Source: a virus (lineage: Duplodnaviria; Caudoviricetes). Taken from it: a stretch of DNA of 54,252 bases. Position 1 is the stretch's first letter; the number at the start of each line of letters is the position of its first letter. A program made the position numbers and the translations under genes. The notes beneath the pieces are model-generated. The model searched no databases and was not told the DNA's origin. It saw nothing but the letters and a program-made list of their open reading frames with translations. Positions 40,655 through 50,018 of the stretch are shown in pieces. Where the stretch lies: positions 1 to 54,252 of the IMG/VR virus record IMGVR_UViG_3300017788_000032, one strand, 5' to 3'.

Positions 40655-41380
40655 ATGTCTACACAATATTATACCGGTAATGTAGATCCGAAAGTATATC
40701 CATTTACTTTTGTAGATAATCCCTGTTTTAGATATACTGATAAAGGTAAAAATGCAGATGAAAGAAATATAATTTCTAATTATTGGAGAGAGCAAATTAA
40801 TCTTTATGGTCAGAAAGTCGGTTACATAGTTAATAATACTACTACTTTAAGTGCTGATATGTTATATGGTGAACAACCTACTCAACACTATGCACCTCCA
40901 CAAGATATAATTATAGCAATTAATTTAAATGAAAATGCGTTAATGTTGAGTAAATTTGGTTTAGTATCGGATGATGAAGTAACAGCATTTGTTCATATAA
41001 GTGCATTTTATGATACTTTTGGATATGGTGCAGAGCCTAAGTCAGGAGATTTATTCCAGCTAGTAGAATATGGAAATGACCGTCCCGGGGGAAGAAATGG
41101 TAACATTTATGAGATAACTCAAAGACTTGATCAAGATATTGCACAAATTAATCCATTGATGGGTCATTATCTTTGGTTAATAAAAGCCAAGCGTTTTGAG
41201 TACTCCTTCGAACCGGGTGTTACTCCCGAAGCACAAAACCAACAAGTGTTTGATGATACTGTTCGTCCGGGTGTCTCCGGTGCAGAAAAAAATTATAATT
41301 ATGACGTCAATAATACATCTAAAACCATTTTTGATTACTCACAAACAGATTATTCAAACGTATATGGAGGTTATCAATAA
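40655..41380 (+). CDS. gp14: Neck/head-completion protein, T4 gp14-like
   Basis: EQINLYGQKVGYI, MLYGE, LSKFGLVSDDE, EPKSGDL, FEYS. Confidence 0.78.
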   Translation: MSTQYYTGNVDPKVYPFTFVDNPCFRYTDKGKNADERNIISNYWREQINLYGQKVGYIVNNTTTLSADMLYGEQPTQHYAPPQDIIIAINLNENALMLSKFGLVSDDEVTAFVHISAFYDTFGYGAEPKSGDLFQLVEYGNDRPGGRNGNIYEITQRLDQDIAQINPLMGHYLWLIKAKRFEYSFEPGVTPEAQNQQVFDDTVRPGVSGAEKNYNYDVNNTSKTIFDYSQTDYSNVYGGYQ

Positions 41381-41389
41381 ATATTTGCT

Positions 41390-42004
41390 ATGCCCGATGT
41401 AACTATCAGTCAACTAGGAAGAGGAGCACCAAATAAAAATACCGCAGTTGTTCCTTATTCAGACGGAAATACAACTTATAATACATCGCCTTCTGGTATT
41501 GTAGCAGCAAGCCCGGGCTGTATTTTACAAGTCAAACAAATAGTTAAAGATGATTTTTGGACAACGACTAATAATGTTCCAAATTATGCAGATATAACAG
41601 GCCTTTCAATATCAATTACTCCTACGTCTGCTCAAAGTAAAATATTAGTTACTGCAAATGTTCTTGGATCGTGTAATGATAACTCATTTATTAGACTAAT
41701 GAGAAATATAAATGGAGGTGCTTTCACACAAATTTATACTAATTCATTAGCTTCTCCGGGTAATAGAACTAAAGTGTCTATGGGAGATTTTTATATGGTA
41801 GGTTCACCGGGCTCTGGTGCTGGTCAACAAAACACAAGTTTATTTCTTGACAGTCCTAATACAACCGATCCAGTGATATACAAATTACAAGGTTGTACTA
41901 GAAATAGTAGAACGTTTGTTATTAACGCAACATATTACGATGCAAATGCTGATTATCAAATAATAGGAGCGTCTTCTATAACTTTAATGGAAGTAGCGGG
42001 TTAA
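41390..42004 (+). CDS. Small fibre/decoration-type protein
   Basis: GCILQVKQ...DITGLSISITPTSAQSKILV...LDSPNTT...YKLQ...SSITLMEVAG, a common phage fibre-tip pattern. Confidence 0.7.
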   Translation: MPDVTISQLGRGAPNKNTAVVPYSDGNTTYNTSPSGIVAASPGCILQVKQIVKDDFWTTTNNVPNYADITGLSISITPTSAQSKILVTANVLGSCNDNSFIRLMRNINGGAFTQIYTNSLASPGNRTKVSMGDFYMVGSPGSGAGQQNTSLFLDSPNTTDPVIYKLQGCTRNSRTFVINATYYDANADYQIIGASSITLMEVAG

Positions 42005-42279
42005 TCTGCAACGTTATCTATAACTGGAGACAGCTGATTTTCGTAATCAGGAATTCTTTCGTTTCTAAATTTACTAATAAATGCATCGGCTTCTCTACAA
42101 CTATTAAACTCGACAACCACTTTACTTCTATCCATTCCTAAAAACGTGTATACTGCTTTATCGTCTTTTTTTGAAATATAAATTAAAGTATAAGCTTGAC
42201 CGGGTTTAAATCTTTTATCCCGTATACCAAGCTTAGGATTGGGTGTTATTGCAAAACTGGTTCCGATGATGTAATGCAT
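42001..42279 (-). CDS. Hypothetical protein
   Basis: 92-aa ORF at the end of an overlapping minus-strand run. Confidence 0.6.
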   Translation of the reverse strand: MHYIIGTSFAITPNPKLGIRDKRFKPGQAYTLIYISKKDDKAVYTFLGMDRSKVVVEFNSCREADAFISKFRNERIPDYENQLSPVIDNVAD

Positions 42280-42554
42280 TTTTCTTTCTTTATATTTATC
42301 TTAATACCTTCATTCATCGACACCTCATCAATCATTGAATCAAAGCGTTCGACTATATACTTTTGAAAAGCTAGTGGTTTAACCCAATCTACATCTTTAC
42401 CATGAAGATCTACTTTAAATTGCTGAGCTTTCTTAGAGATAATGTCTAAAGCTTCTATAAGACAAAGCCAACGAGTATACTCATCAAGCTTAAGCTTATG
42501 TTTGGTTTGTTTAGTTTCTACTGTTATAAACTTTTTTGATAACGGCGATTGCAT
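42246..42554 (-). CDS. Hypothetical protein
   Basis: 102-aa ORF; start uncertain because of a 44-nt overlap with the upstream gene. Confidence 0.6.
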   Translation of the reverse strand: MQSPLSKKFITVETKQTKHKLKLDEYTRWLCLIEALDIISKKAQQFKVDLHGKDVDWVKPLAFQKYIVERFDSMIDEVSMNEGIKINIKKEKCITSSEPVLQ

Positions 42555-42969
42555 AACCTAAGATTATCACGGTAATATTATTAACATCAAGAAAATTCTT
42601 ACCTTTGTTAAGACAAAGTAGTAAATTATAGAGTGCCTCAATATTAAGACTTAAATTTTCTATAATTCTTTTAGTATTAGTAGAAACGACATCTCGGCAG
42701 TCCGCATCAATTTCACTTTCATTAATTGACTTAGTTAAGCTTTCTGCAATCAAAGAAAGAATATTTTTTATAAAAGCTTTATCTGAAGCTACATCAACTT
42801 TATAGTAGGCAAGACCTAATTCAAAGTCAGCAAGTACTTTGGGTGGGAGTGCTCTTTTAATAGCATATACAATATCATCTATAGGTATGTCAACGGGTTT
42901 AGTAAGAGCATTAAAGCTGTCCGGAGGAACGCTTGTTGTAATCTTATCTATACTTTCAGGTATTTGCAT
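42511..42969 (-). CDS. Hypothetical protein
   Basis: 152-aa ORF in the operon. Confidence 0.6.
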   Translation of the reverse strand: MQIPESIDKITTSVPPDSFNALTKPVDIPIDDIVYAIKRALPPKVLADFELGLAYYKVDVASDKAFIKNILSLIAESLTKSINESEIDADCRDVVSTNTKRIIENLSLNIEALYNLLLCLNKGKNFLDVNNITVIILGYAIAVIKKVYNSRN

Positions 42970-43390
42970 CTTTTATTCCTTGTTCTAATACTTGGTTTAA
43001 ATGCTGTAAACTTCCGTCTAAAGGCTCTGTAGCAACTGCAGTTTCAGCATTAATGTAAACACTAATAGTTTTATTACACTCTGTGCATTTGTAATAGTTC
43101 TGTGTATTGAGTCTTACAGGAACGAAGTCCTCAACTCGTTTGTGACAAGGACATGTTACGCGTAATCCTTGTCTAGAAAATTCTCTCAACCTTTCATTAT
43201 CTAATTTTTTATTTCGAAGTAAAACATATGCGTTAAGAGCATTTACATAACCGTAATACGCTCCAAACTGAACTGCAACACCAAGAAAAAACCCTATAAA
43301 AAAATTAACCCCAAGTGTGGTGGATAATATTCCTGTAAGAGTAGCAACTGCAATAAGTGCAAGTACTTGCACGACTAACTTTCTTAACAT
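42956..43390 (-). CDS. Membrane protein with a C-terminal Zn-ribbon-like motif
   Basis: Two N-terminal hydrophobic segments, then CPC...CTEC. Promoter TTGCAA-16-TATAAT-6-ATG. Confidence 0.65.
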   Translation of the reverse strand: MLRKLVVQVLALIAVATLTGILSTTLGVNFFIGFFLGVAVQFGAYYGYVNALNAYVLLRNKKLDNERLREFSRQGLRVTCPCHKRVEDFVPVRLNTQNYYKCTECNKTISVYINAETAVATEPLDGSLQHLNQVLEQGIKDANT

Positions 43391-43410
43391 CTTATTATTA
43401 TAATGTATAA

Positions 43411-43788
43411 TTATTTTTTTGCAACCGGTTTACCGGTCTGACCAAAAATCTCTTTTAGTTCTTTTATAATAACATCTAACTTTACAATAACTGTTTTTAC
43501 TGTTTCTTTGGCACCTGCGTTGTCTTTTACCACCGGATTATTAAGAGAGGCCATAAACATATTTTTTGCGTTACAAGCATTAAGATATAAGTCTCCAAGC
43601 TGTTCAATAATACTAGGCAATGGATACGGCATAACTTTATCTGCTTTAGCATCATTTGGATATTGATTTATACTTTTATCAAATAAATCGCGTAACGTAA
43701 CTCTTTGAGAACCAAGCTCTCTTGAGGCAATACCAGAAGTCCACTTGTTATACTGCATTATCTCTTCAAATAAAAGCTTCTTTTTCAC
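43411..43788 (-). CDS. Hypothetical late protein
   Basis: GTG start 5 nt after TAAATA; N-terminus KKKLLFEE. Confidence 0.65.
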   Translation of the reverse strand: MKKKLLFEEIMQYNKWTSGIASRELGSQRVTLRDLFDKSINQYPNDAKADKVMPYPLPSIIEQLGDLYLNACNAKNMFMASLNNPVVKDNAGAKETVKTVIVKLDVIIKELKEIFGQTGKPVAKK

Positions 43789-43824
43789 TAAATTATTTAT
43801 TCATTTGATAATAAATAATAATAT

Positions 43825-44226
43825 ATGAGTACTTTTGCTCGCAGATTTGGTATTATACTAGAAGCAGACGCGGACACACAGGTTCAAGCACCTGCATCAG
43901 ATAAAGAGGCAATGGCACAGTCTTTAGATACGGCTAAGCCTGAAGATTTTGAAGTACAGGGTGGTAGAGAACAAATACAGGATCATAGAAAGACAGAGCA
44001 AGTTCAAAAGCTTAAGGAGTGGATATCCCAAATTGATCAGTTTATAAAATTTTTAAATAGCACTGAGCCTTCTAGTATGCAAGTACAGTTGCATACAGCT
44101 GCTTGTGATTCTATTTTTGAAGATATAGCAAGAAGTGAAAAAAAGAAAATAGCACGTCTTGCCGCAGAACTTAGCTCGTTGAGTGAATCGTTCAAGGGGT
44201 ATTTAATTTCTGCTAACGACAGATAA
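43825..44226 (+). CDS. Hypothetical late protein
   Basis: ATG 7 nt after TAAATA; N-terminus FARRFGIILEAD. Confidence 0.65.
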   Translation: MSTFARRFGIILEADADTQVQAPASDKEAMAQSLDTAKPEDFEVQGGREQIQDHRKTEQVQKLKEWISQIDQFIKFLNSTEPSSMQVQLHTAACDSIFEDIARSEKKKIARLAAELSSLSESFKGYLISANDR

Positions 44227-45247
44227 TTGACATTAATAATCTAGCTTTCATTCCTTCGTGAGAATTTGTTATAAAAAATTCTGGATCTATACTATCTAAT
44301 TTTTTATCTATACAATAGTCGTTTATATCTTTATATTTTTTTCCAACTTCCTCAGGCCATATAAAAACGGTTTCTCCATTTTCTATGAGCTTGCTAGTCT
44401 TTGATCTGCTAGCTTTGTCCTTCCACTGACTGTCAAGTACCCAAACTTTCTTAAAAAACTTAAACGATGTTAATTGCTGTTCTTGTAAAAGAGAAAACAT
44501 GTTATTGCTATTCTCTTGAATGCCGGCGACTGCAGTACCGTTTTTTACAAAGAACGAATCAATAGGGCCTTCAAAAATAAAAATATAGTCCAAATCGGAA
44601 GTAATTTTATTAACATTATACAATGACTTTTCTCCGTTAATTTTGCTGAGATACTTAGGATAAAGTCTTGCGTCTTTATCATAAATTAATCGAGACTGAT
44701 AAAATATAATTTCATTATTTTCATTATAGAAAGGTATTACAATTCTATTTTTATGAACCTTATCCTTGAGCGTTACCCATAAAGTATCTGGTCTATTGAT
44801 TGCAGTATCCAATCGTCTTTGTTTAACTAATTTAATTGCATCTTGTACAACTTTATTATCGTTAAAATACTGTTTTTGATTGGGGTCGAGTATATTAACA
44901 CAATCTAGAGGTAAATTTTCAACTACCTTGGGTTTATCCGGTGCCTTAGTACCGCTAAGAGTGTGTAGAGGTAGGATATCAAACTCTTTAGATTCATTTA
45001 AAATTTCATTAAACGAGAGACCGGATACTTCCGTTATCCATTTAATTGCATCGCTATACCACCCACAATTATGACAACAAATAGCATTATCATCTACTAT
45101 ATAAATACAGCGTCTTTTTTTGCCCCATGATTTGCCTTCCCGACAAATAGGGCAGCCGGCAACATACGTATTACTTACCTTCTTAAATTGAGGGTATCCT
45201 GCGTACTGATAAAATTTTTGCAGTATATATTCGAACGGTATTAACAC
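44213..45247 (-). CDS. gp61: DNA primase, T4 gp61-like
   Basis: CPIC...CHNCG Zn finger, RIVIPF, PKYL, FEGPIDSFF TOPRIM motif, KDIND. Confidence 0.92.
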   Translation of the reverse strand: MLIPFEYILQKFYQYAGYPQFKKVSNTYVAGCPICREGKSWGKKRRCIYIVDDNAICCHNCGWYSDAIKWITEVSGLSFNEILNESKEFDILPLHTLSGTKAPDKPKVVENLPLDCVNILDPNQKQYFNDNKVVQDAIKLVKQRRLDTAINRPDTLWVTLKDKVHKNRIVIPFYNENNEIIFYQSRLIYDKDARLYPKYLSKINGEKSLYNVNKITSDLDYIFIFEGPIDSFFVKNGTAVAGIQENSNNMFSLLQEQQLTSFKFFKKVWVLDSQWKDKASRSKTSKLIENGETVFIWPEEVGKKYKDINDYCIDKKLDSIDPEFFITNSHEGMKARLLMSIICR

Positions 45248-45253
45248 AGTTAT

Positions 45254-45281
45254 AGTATAGTAAAAAAATAAGCTAAAACAA
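45254..45281 (-). promoter_or_regulatory. sigma70-like promoter of primase
   Basis: TTGTTT-16-TATACT-6-GTG. Confidence 0.6.
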
Positions 45282-45283
45282 GA

Positions 45284-45475
45284 TTATTCTTGTTTGTCGT
45301 CTTTAGGCAAATCTCTAACTGAAACTATGCCTTTACGAATAAAGGTGCCACTAGCTGGGTCAATGTATTCTGCCTCTACAACTTCCTTACCTTCACGAAT
45401 ATAAGTTCTAAGTCTCGGTCTAACCATTTGACCGCTAATAGGTGAGGCGATAGGTTTTGGCTGTATAAAGTCCAT
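45284..45475 (-). CDS. Small hypothetical late protein
   Basis: TATAAATA 5 nt upstream; SPISG...DPASG turns. Confidence 0.65.
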   Translation of the reverse strand: MDFIQPKPIASPISGQMVRPRLRTYIREGKEVVEAEYIDPASGTFIRKGIVSVRDLPKDDKQE

Positions 45476-45489
45476 AAAGTTATTTATAT

Positions 45490-45768
45490 CTATTCTACTG
45501 GTTGCAATGCCTTATTTTTAATGTATTGTGCTTTGCATACATTGTATATATCGTTAGGTATTTTCTTAACTATATCGATTATTTTTTCGGTTAACCCAAA
45601 CTCAAACTTATCTTTAGGAACCTCTCTAATCTTCATATCTGGTAAAGATAAAAATAAAAAAGAATCATTTAATTCTTCCATTAAAACGAACAATTCACCT
45701 AAATATTTACCCCCGGTAATAGCATAAATGTATCTCTCTTTGGGGTGCTTTTGTTTGAAAAAGATCAT
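45490..45768 (-). CDS. Hypothetical protein
   Basis: 92-aa ORF coupled to the upstream gene by a 4-nt overlap. Confidence 0.6.
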   Translation of the reverse strand: MIFFKQKHPKERYIYAITGGKYLGELFVLMEELNDSFLFLSLPDMKIREVPKDKFEFGLTEKIIDIVKKIPNDIYNVCKAQYIKNKALQPVE

Positions 45769-46601
45769 AATAACTTTATACTCTTTTCTACTGAAACAAA
45801 GGTATCAGGTAGTTCAAGACCTAGTCTTTTAATTTTATCAGTAGATAGAACGCAATTAGACCTACCGGCGACTATATCGAGGTCTTTAATTTCTACAAAT
45901 TTCCAATTCTCGTTTACCTTATGAATTGATTTAAATAAGCTTACAATTTCATCAGCACACATAGACTGGGTATTAACAACGTTATAAATTCCTGGTTCAT
46001 ATCTATCTAAAAACTTCAAAATAAATTCGTTTAAATCATCAATAGAAGTAAGACTATTTTGAGAACTAATTAAGTTATCGTATTTAAAAATTTTATAAAG
46101 ATAATTTTTACTCTCTCTTATTGAAGTAAAGGGCATTCTTATTCTCAAAATAACGTTATGCTGCTTTTCAAAAACAGTTTCAAATGCATGCTTAGTCTTA
46201 GAATAAAAGCTAGAAGAAGGATTAAAGAGTCCGAAATTTGGAACGTCGGTTTCTTCAAATGCTTTTTCATAACCAGTATATATACATCCGCTTGAGATGT
46301 GTATTGCTTTAATACCGTACCGCAAGGAAAGCTTATCTATTAGCTGAGGTACCACTACGTTATATTTCCAGCATAGTTCTTTATTTAATTCACAACCATC
46401 AACATTTGGAACTCCGGTATAACCGCAGCAATTAATAATATGAGAAAAATTATATTCTCTTAAAAATGATGAAAGTCTATACTCATTAGTATAATCTAAA
46501 ACGTTTTGATTAAATGCTAATACGTCAAGATTTTTTTCTGTTAGAAAGTTAAAAAGCTTAGTACCGATAAAGCCGCGACCCAGTATTAATATCTTGTGCA
46601 C
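45765..46601 (-). CDS. NDP-4-keto-6-deoxyglucose epimerase/reductase (RmlD-like, NRS/ER type)
   Basis: ILILGRGFIG Rossmann motif, GYTGVPNVDGCE, SSGCIY, PNF...SFYSKTK, LRIRMP. Confidence 0.85.
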   Translation of the reverse strand: MHKILILGRGFIGTKLFNFLTEKNLDVLAFNQNVLDYTNEYRLSSFLREYNFSHIINCCGYTGVPNVDGCELNKELCWKYNVVVPQLIDKLSLRYGIKAIHISSGCIYTGYEKAFEETDVPNFGLFNPSSSFYSKTKHAFETVFEKQHNVILRIRMPFTSIRESKNYLYKIFKYDNLISSQNSLTSIDDLNEFILKFLDRYEPGIYNVVNTQSMCADEIVSLFKSIHKVNENWKFVEIKDLDIVAGRSNCVLSTDKIKRLGLELPDTFVSVEKSIKLL

Positions 46602-46624
46602 GAATTATTTTAGTATAAAAAAAA

Positions 46625-46951
46625 TTAATCTCCAGAGCTATCTCTGGTACTATTATACAAAAACTTATTTAAAAGTGCTCCCAAGGAATCAGCTTCCTGT
46701 TGATTATGAGCTGATATCATTGAAATAGGCTCGCCCTCAAAATTATAGCCGAGCAAAATAAAACAATTTAAAAATTCTAATATTTGACTAGTTAAAGCGT
46801 CTAAATCTTTTTTATTTGAAACTTTGTCTTTAATTTGCTCTCTTAAAAACGATACTAAAGCCTTGTGAGTAAGTTCTTTAACTTCCTTATTTTCATTAGG
46901 ATTAAAGTTGTTATCACTATTTTTCTTAGACGACTTTTTGTCCTTCATCAT
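46625..46951 (-). CDS. Hypothetical protein
   Basis: 108-aa ORF in the replication operon. Confidence 0.6.
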   Translation of the reverse strand: MMKDKKSSKKNSDNNFNPNENKEVKELTHKALVSFLREQIKDKVSNKKDLDALTSQILEFLNCFILLGYNFEGEPISMISAHNQQEADSLGALLNKFLYNSTRDSSGD

Positions 46952-47300
46952 AATTATTTAATCTTTTTGACAAGTATCTATCGCGTCCCTGATAATGAGA
47001 GTTGTTTGAAACACCATGTCTTATCAAGTAATCAACAATGACTTCGATACTATCGGTTTTAATGTAGAAGTTTTTAGGTATTCTTTTGCCGCCGTCATGT
47101 ATTTCAAATAGCGTTTCATTAATATTATCTCTATTAGTATAGCAAGTAATAAGTACTGAAGCCTCGCTTGGATTGACCATAATCGTCCATTGACGGGGAT
47201 CTGATTTATTATAAATGTTAAATAGCTTAATTACAATAAAGCCGTTATCGCGTAAACGCTTTATGAAATAACTAGGTGTTCTGAGTTTATTCCTGCTCAT
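46926..47300 (-). CDS. Hypothetical protein
   Basis: 124-aa ORF coupled (TAATG) to the clamp gene. Confidence 0.65.
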   Translation of the reverse strand: MSRNKLRTPSYFIKRLRDNGFIVIKLFNIYNKSDPRQWTIMVNPSEASVLITCYTNRDNINETLFEIHDGGKRIPKNFYIKTDSIEVIVDYLIRHGVSNNSHYQGRDRYLSKRLNNYDEGQKVV

Positions 47301-48031
47301 TAATTAGCAAGTGCTGATATAACGAATTTAAAGCTAGAATTATCTAAGTTTAAATCTAATGTCACTACTCCCATTTTCGAGATGATACGAGATTGTATCT
47401 CTTTGAATCTCATAGAAGAAATTATTCTAAATATATCAAAATTCAACGGCATAGCTAGTGCAAACTGGGTTCCTTCGTAATCAGATGAAATATTAATTCC
47501 ATAAGAGTCTACATTGGGTCTAGTTTTATCCGTTAATTCACCAAATACTGTACTATCTTTTACTGAAATATAAATTTTATTTGTTTCTGTGCTTACTGAA
47601 CTGCCTTTTATTAGGCTCAATACTGAATTATATGCAAGGGTAAATTTACCATCAAATTCAAATTGATTTAGCTTTTCAATATTAAGTTTCGGTGAGGTAA
47701 TGATATTATCATCATAAAGATGGTACTTAAAACGAACACTATTGGATTTATAGCCAATAAAATTTGCAGATATGTCTAGCTCGTAAGATGTCTCTTCAAT
47801 ACAAGAAATAACCCGGCAAAGCTTTTTAATATCAGGTATGTTAAGCGTTTTTGAAGATGTATTACCCAACAAACTATATTCAGCGTGAACAATAACCGTA
47901 TTATCGTTAGTTGATATAAGTGATGTTATTTTTTCTTTATCAACCTTTACAACAGCGCTATCTGTAACTCTACTTAAAGGTAATAAAAAACTATTTAAAA
48001 AACCATCTTTATCGGTTATTTTTAGAGTCAT
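47300..48031 (-). CDS. gp45: Sliding clamp, T4 gp45-like
   Basis: Size, IVHAEY...LNIPDIKKLCRVIS...FKYHL...FVISAL pattern, and proximity to gp32. Promoter TTGATT-16-TATTAT-7-ATG. Confidence 0.65.
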   Translation of the reverse strand: MTLKITDKDGFLNSFLLPLSRVTDSAVVKVDKEKITSLISTNDNTVIVHAEYSLLGNTSSKTLNIPDIKKLCRVISCIEETSYELDISANFIGYKSNSVRFKYHLYDDNIITSPKLNIEKLNQFEFDGKFTLAYNSVLSLIKGSSVSTETNKIYISVKDSTVFGELTDKTRPNVDSYGINISSDYEGTQFALAMPLNFDIFRIISSMRFKEIQSRIISKMGVVTLDLNLDNSSFKFVISALAN

Positions 48032-48062
48032 TACATTTATAATAACCTGTGATTCTCAACAA

Positions 48063-48485
48063 TCAATCGTTATTTAAAAGCTTATCTAATTTTTTAGAAA
48101 TAATATCTAATTTATAGTAAATGTCATCAATATCGGTTTGCTTAAAATTGAAAGTAAGTTGATCGGGATTTTCTGCAATAACATTTTCAATTTGCTGATG
48201 TACTAGCTGTTGACCATGAACCGGTTGAGCAATAGGAGGTTGAACATTAATACCGGCGTTAACTGTTGTATGTATTGGGTTTTGATAAGCAGGGGGTCTG
48301 ACCACTCTAGGAGCAGGGATTGTGTTAACCACTCTCTCAGGGTCAATTGTCATGCCGCGAAGAGTTTGATTTTGGCTTACAATATTTTTATTAAGCTCTT
48401 TAAGATCACCAATAAGATGTTGGCCCATAAATTGTATGGTAGCCAACCTTATTTCTTCAGGTGTAGGTTCTGAAAAAGTATCCAT
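48063..48485 (-). CDS. Hypothetical protein
   Basis: 140-aa ORF with Pro/Gln-rich middle, a QLTFNF motif and a short coiled-coil-like end. Confidence 0.6.
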   Translation of the reverse strand: MDTFSEPTPEEIRLATIQFMGQHLIGDLKELNKNIVSQNQTLRGMTIDPERVVNTIPAPRVVRPPAYQNPIHTTVNAGINVQPPIAQPVHGQQLVHQQIENVIAENPDQLTFNFKQTDIDDIYYKLDIISKKLDKLLNND

Positions 48486-49330
48486 TATAGATCTTTAAGA
48501 AGTTCAGAAATCTTCTCATCGTCTTCGGCTTCTACTTTCTTTGAAGTAGTCACGTTAACGACGGGAGCAGGTGCTGAGGTTTTCTTAACAGACTCAACAA
48601 CGGCATCTTCTTCTACATCCTTTGTACCGTGATAATGAGTATCGAGAGTTTCCTTAAGCTCATCGTAGCTCTTCACCGAAACATAAGACTCGAGATCAAA
48701 TGCACTGTTATAGATCTTTTTAAAGGAATCTTCATCTAAGCCTTCAATTTCTTTCGATGTGGAAAACTTAGATGAGACGTATGTAGGATAATCGCCTTGC
48801 TTTTCAACCTTAATCTTAAGATTACATCCCTTAGGAGAAAGATCAAAAATACGGGGGCCGAGCTCTGAGGCTTCCTCGCCTTCAATGGCGTCCATAATAA
48901 TCTTGTGAAGCTGGCGGCCAAAGCGAAGAAGCTTTACTTTACCGTTATTATCTTGATTGACGGGGTCGTTTACAACATATACATTTACTAGCCAATTCTC
49001 TCTACGCTTAATTGCTAAAGCCTTTTCCTTTTCCTTTTCAGTACCAGTGCGAAGTACACGATATCGCTCTTCAGCAATAGGATCTCTCTGATTCCAAGTC
49101 GTCGGGCTAACTAGTGTAATGAGTTGACCGGTAGTAAGGCTGTTCCAGCCGTATGAATAGTAATGAAAAAATGTCTTTGCAGGGTCTTTAACATTAGGGA
49201 GTAATCTAACTGTATAAGTGTTACCGACCTCGCAACGAAGATAATCCTTTACTTTAGAAGAAGTCGACTCACTATTTTTGCTTAACGCGCCCTTAATGCT
49301 CTCAAACATCGAATTGGTAAATGTACTCAT
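48485..49330 (-). CDS. gp32: Single-stranded DNA-binding protein, T4 gp32-like
   Basis: TVRLLP, KRRENWLVNVYVVNDP...NNGKVKLLRFG, IFD...GCNLKIK, YVSSKF, KSYDELK, acidic tail. Confidence 0.92.
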   Translation of the reverse strand: MSTFTNSMFESIKGALSKNSESTSSKVKDYLRCEVGNTYTVRLLPNVKDPAKTFFHYYSYGWNSLTTGQLITLVSPTTWNQRDPIAEERYRVLRTGTEKEKEKALAIKRRENWLVNVYVVNDPVNQDNNGKVKLLRFGRQLHKIIMDAIEGEEASELGPRIFDLSPKGCNLKIKVEKQGDYPTYVSSKFSTSKEIEGLDEDSFKKIYNSAFDLESYVSVKSYDELKETLDTHYHGTKDVEEDAVVESVKKTSAPAPVVNVTTSKKVEAEDDEKISELLKDL

Positions 49331-49336
49331 AGTAAT

Positions 49337-49365
49337 ATAGTAGTATGTTCTTTCTATTAAATCAA
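49337..49365 (-). promoter_or_regulatory. sigma70-like promoter of gp32
   Basis: TTGATT-17-TACTAT-6-ATG. Confidence 0.65.
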
Positions 49366-50018
49366 GCTTTATTTATAATTTTTTTTAGGCCAAGCTCTAC
49401 TAATTTGCCTGCTTTTTTAGAATTGTAGAGTTTTGTTCTAAAAAAGGATATATTGTTATATGTTTCTTCACCAAGTATAAACTTTACAACTTCAGCATCT
49501 CTTGACTTTAATCTTCTTTCAAAATCAGGAAACCCAAATAAAACAAATAAGCTTATGTCATGATTTTTGAGGTGAATAATGAATGACAATTCATTATTTG
49601 TCATATGATTGACATAATTTAATACATTAATATTTCTATCTTTACAAAAATTATAAATAAACACTAACGATTTTTTTATACCGTTCAGCTGTTCTTCAGA
49701 ATCTGGATCTTGAAGCAATTGTTTTTTATTAAAAAGAGTATACGTCTTAGTAGCTTTTAGTGAATGAAAATATTCTAAAGGAAAATAAGTTTCATCTGGA
49801 TATAATGCGAACGGAGCTTTAAAAAATTCTTCAAGTTTAATTTGTGGATATCTTTTTAAAAAAGATGAAACTTTTTTTAGAGCCACAAAGCTCTTTTCAT
49901 CTAATTTTTCAAAATCTTTTCTAAACTTAAAGGGTTGGTTATTACTAGACCTTGAAACCTTTAAATATGTATTATAAACGCGTTTATCGAACTCAGTAAT
50001 CAATTGTAATATTTCCAC
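49362..50018 (-). CDS. Hypothetical basic protein (possible gp59-like helicase loader)
   Basis: 218 aa, basic, immediately upstream of gp32 as gp59 is in T4. The functional call rests on size and position only. Confidence 0.4.
   Translation of the reverse strand: MEILQLITEFDKRVYNTYLKVSRSSNNQPFKFRKDFEKLDEKSFVALKKVSSFLKRYPQIKLEEFFKAPFALYPDETYFPLEYFHSLKATKTYTLFNKKQLLQDPDSEEQLNGIKKSLVFIYNFCKDRNINVLNYVNHMTNNELSFIIHLKNHDISLFVLFGFPDFERRLKSRDAEVVKFILGEETYNNISFFRTKLYNSKKAGKLVELGLKKIINKA

Noticed and set aside
41366-41371. GGAGGT upstream of ATG 41390 as a Shine-Dalgarno
   Set aside because: It is 18 nt from the start, encodes Gly-Gly of gp14, and lies upstream of the TAAATA motif.
1069-45492. Genome-wide TAG recoding (genetic code 15)
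   Set aside because: Long ORFs are intact in the standard code, and TAG ends genes at sensible boundaries (1069, 4872, 7463, 45490). Only one internal TAG was seen.
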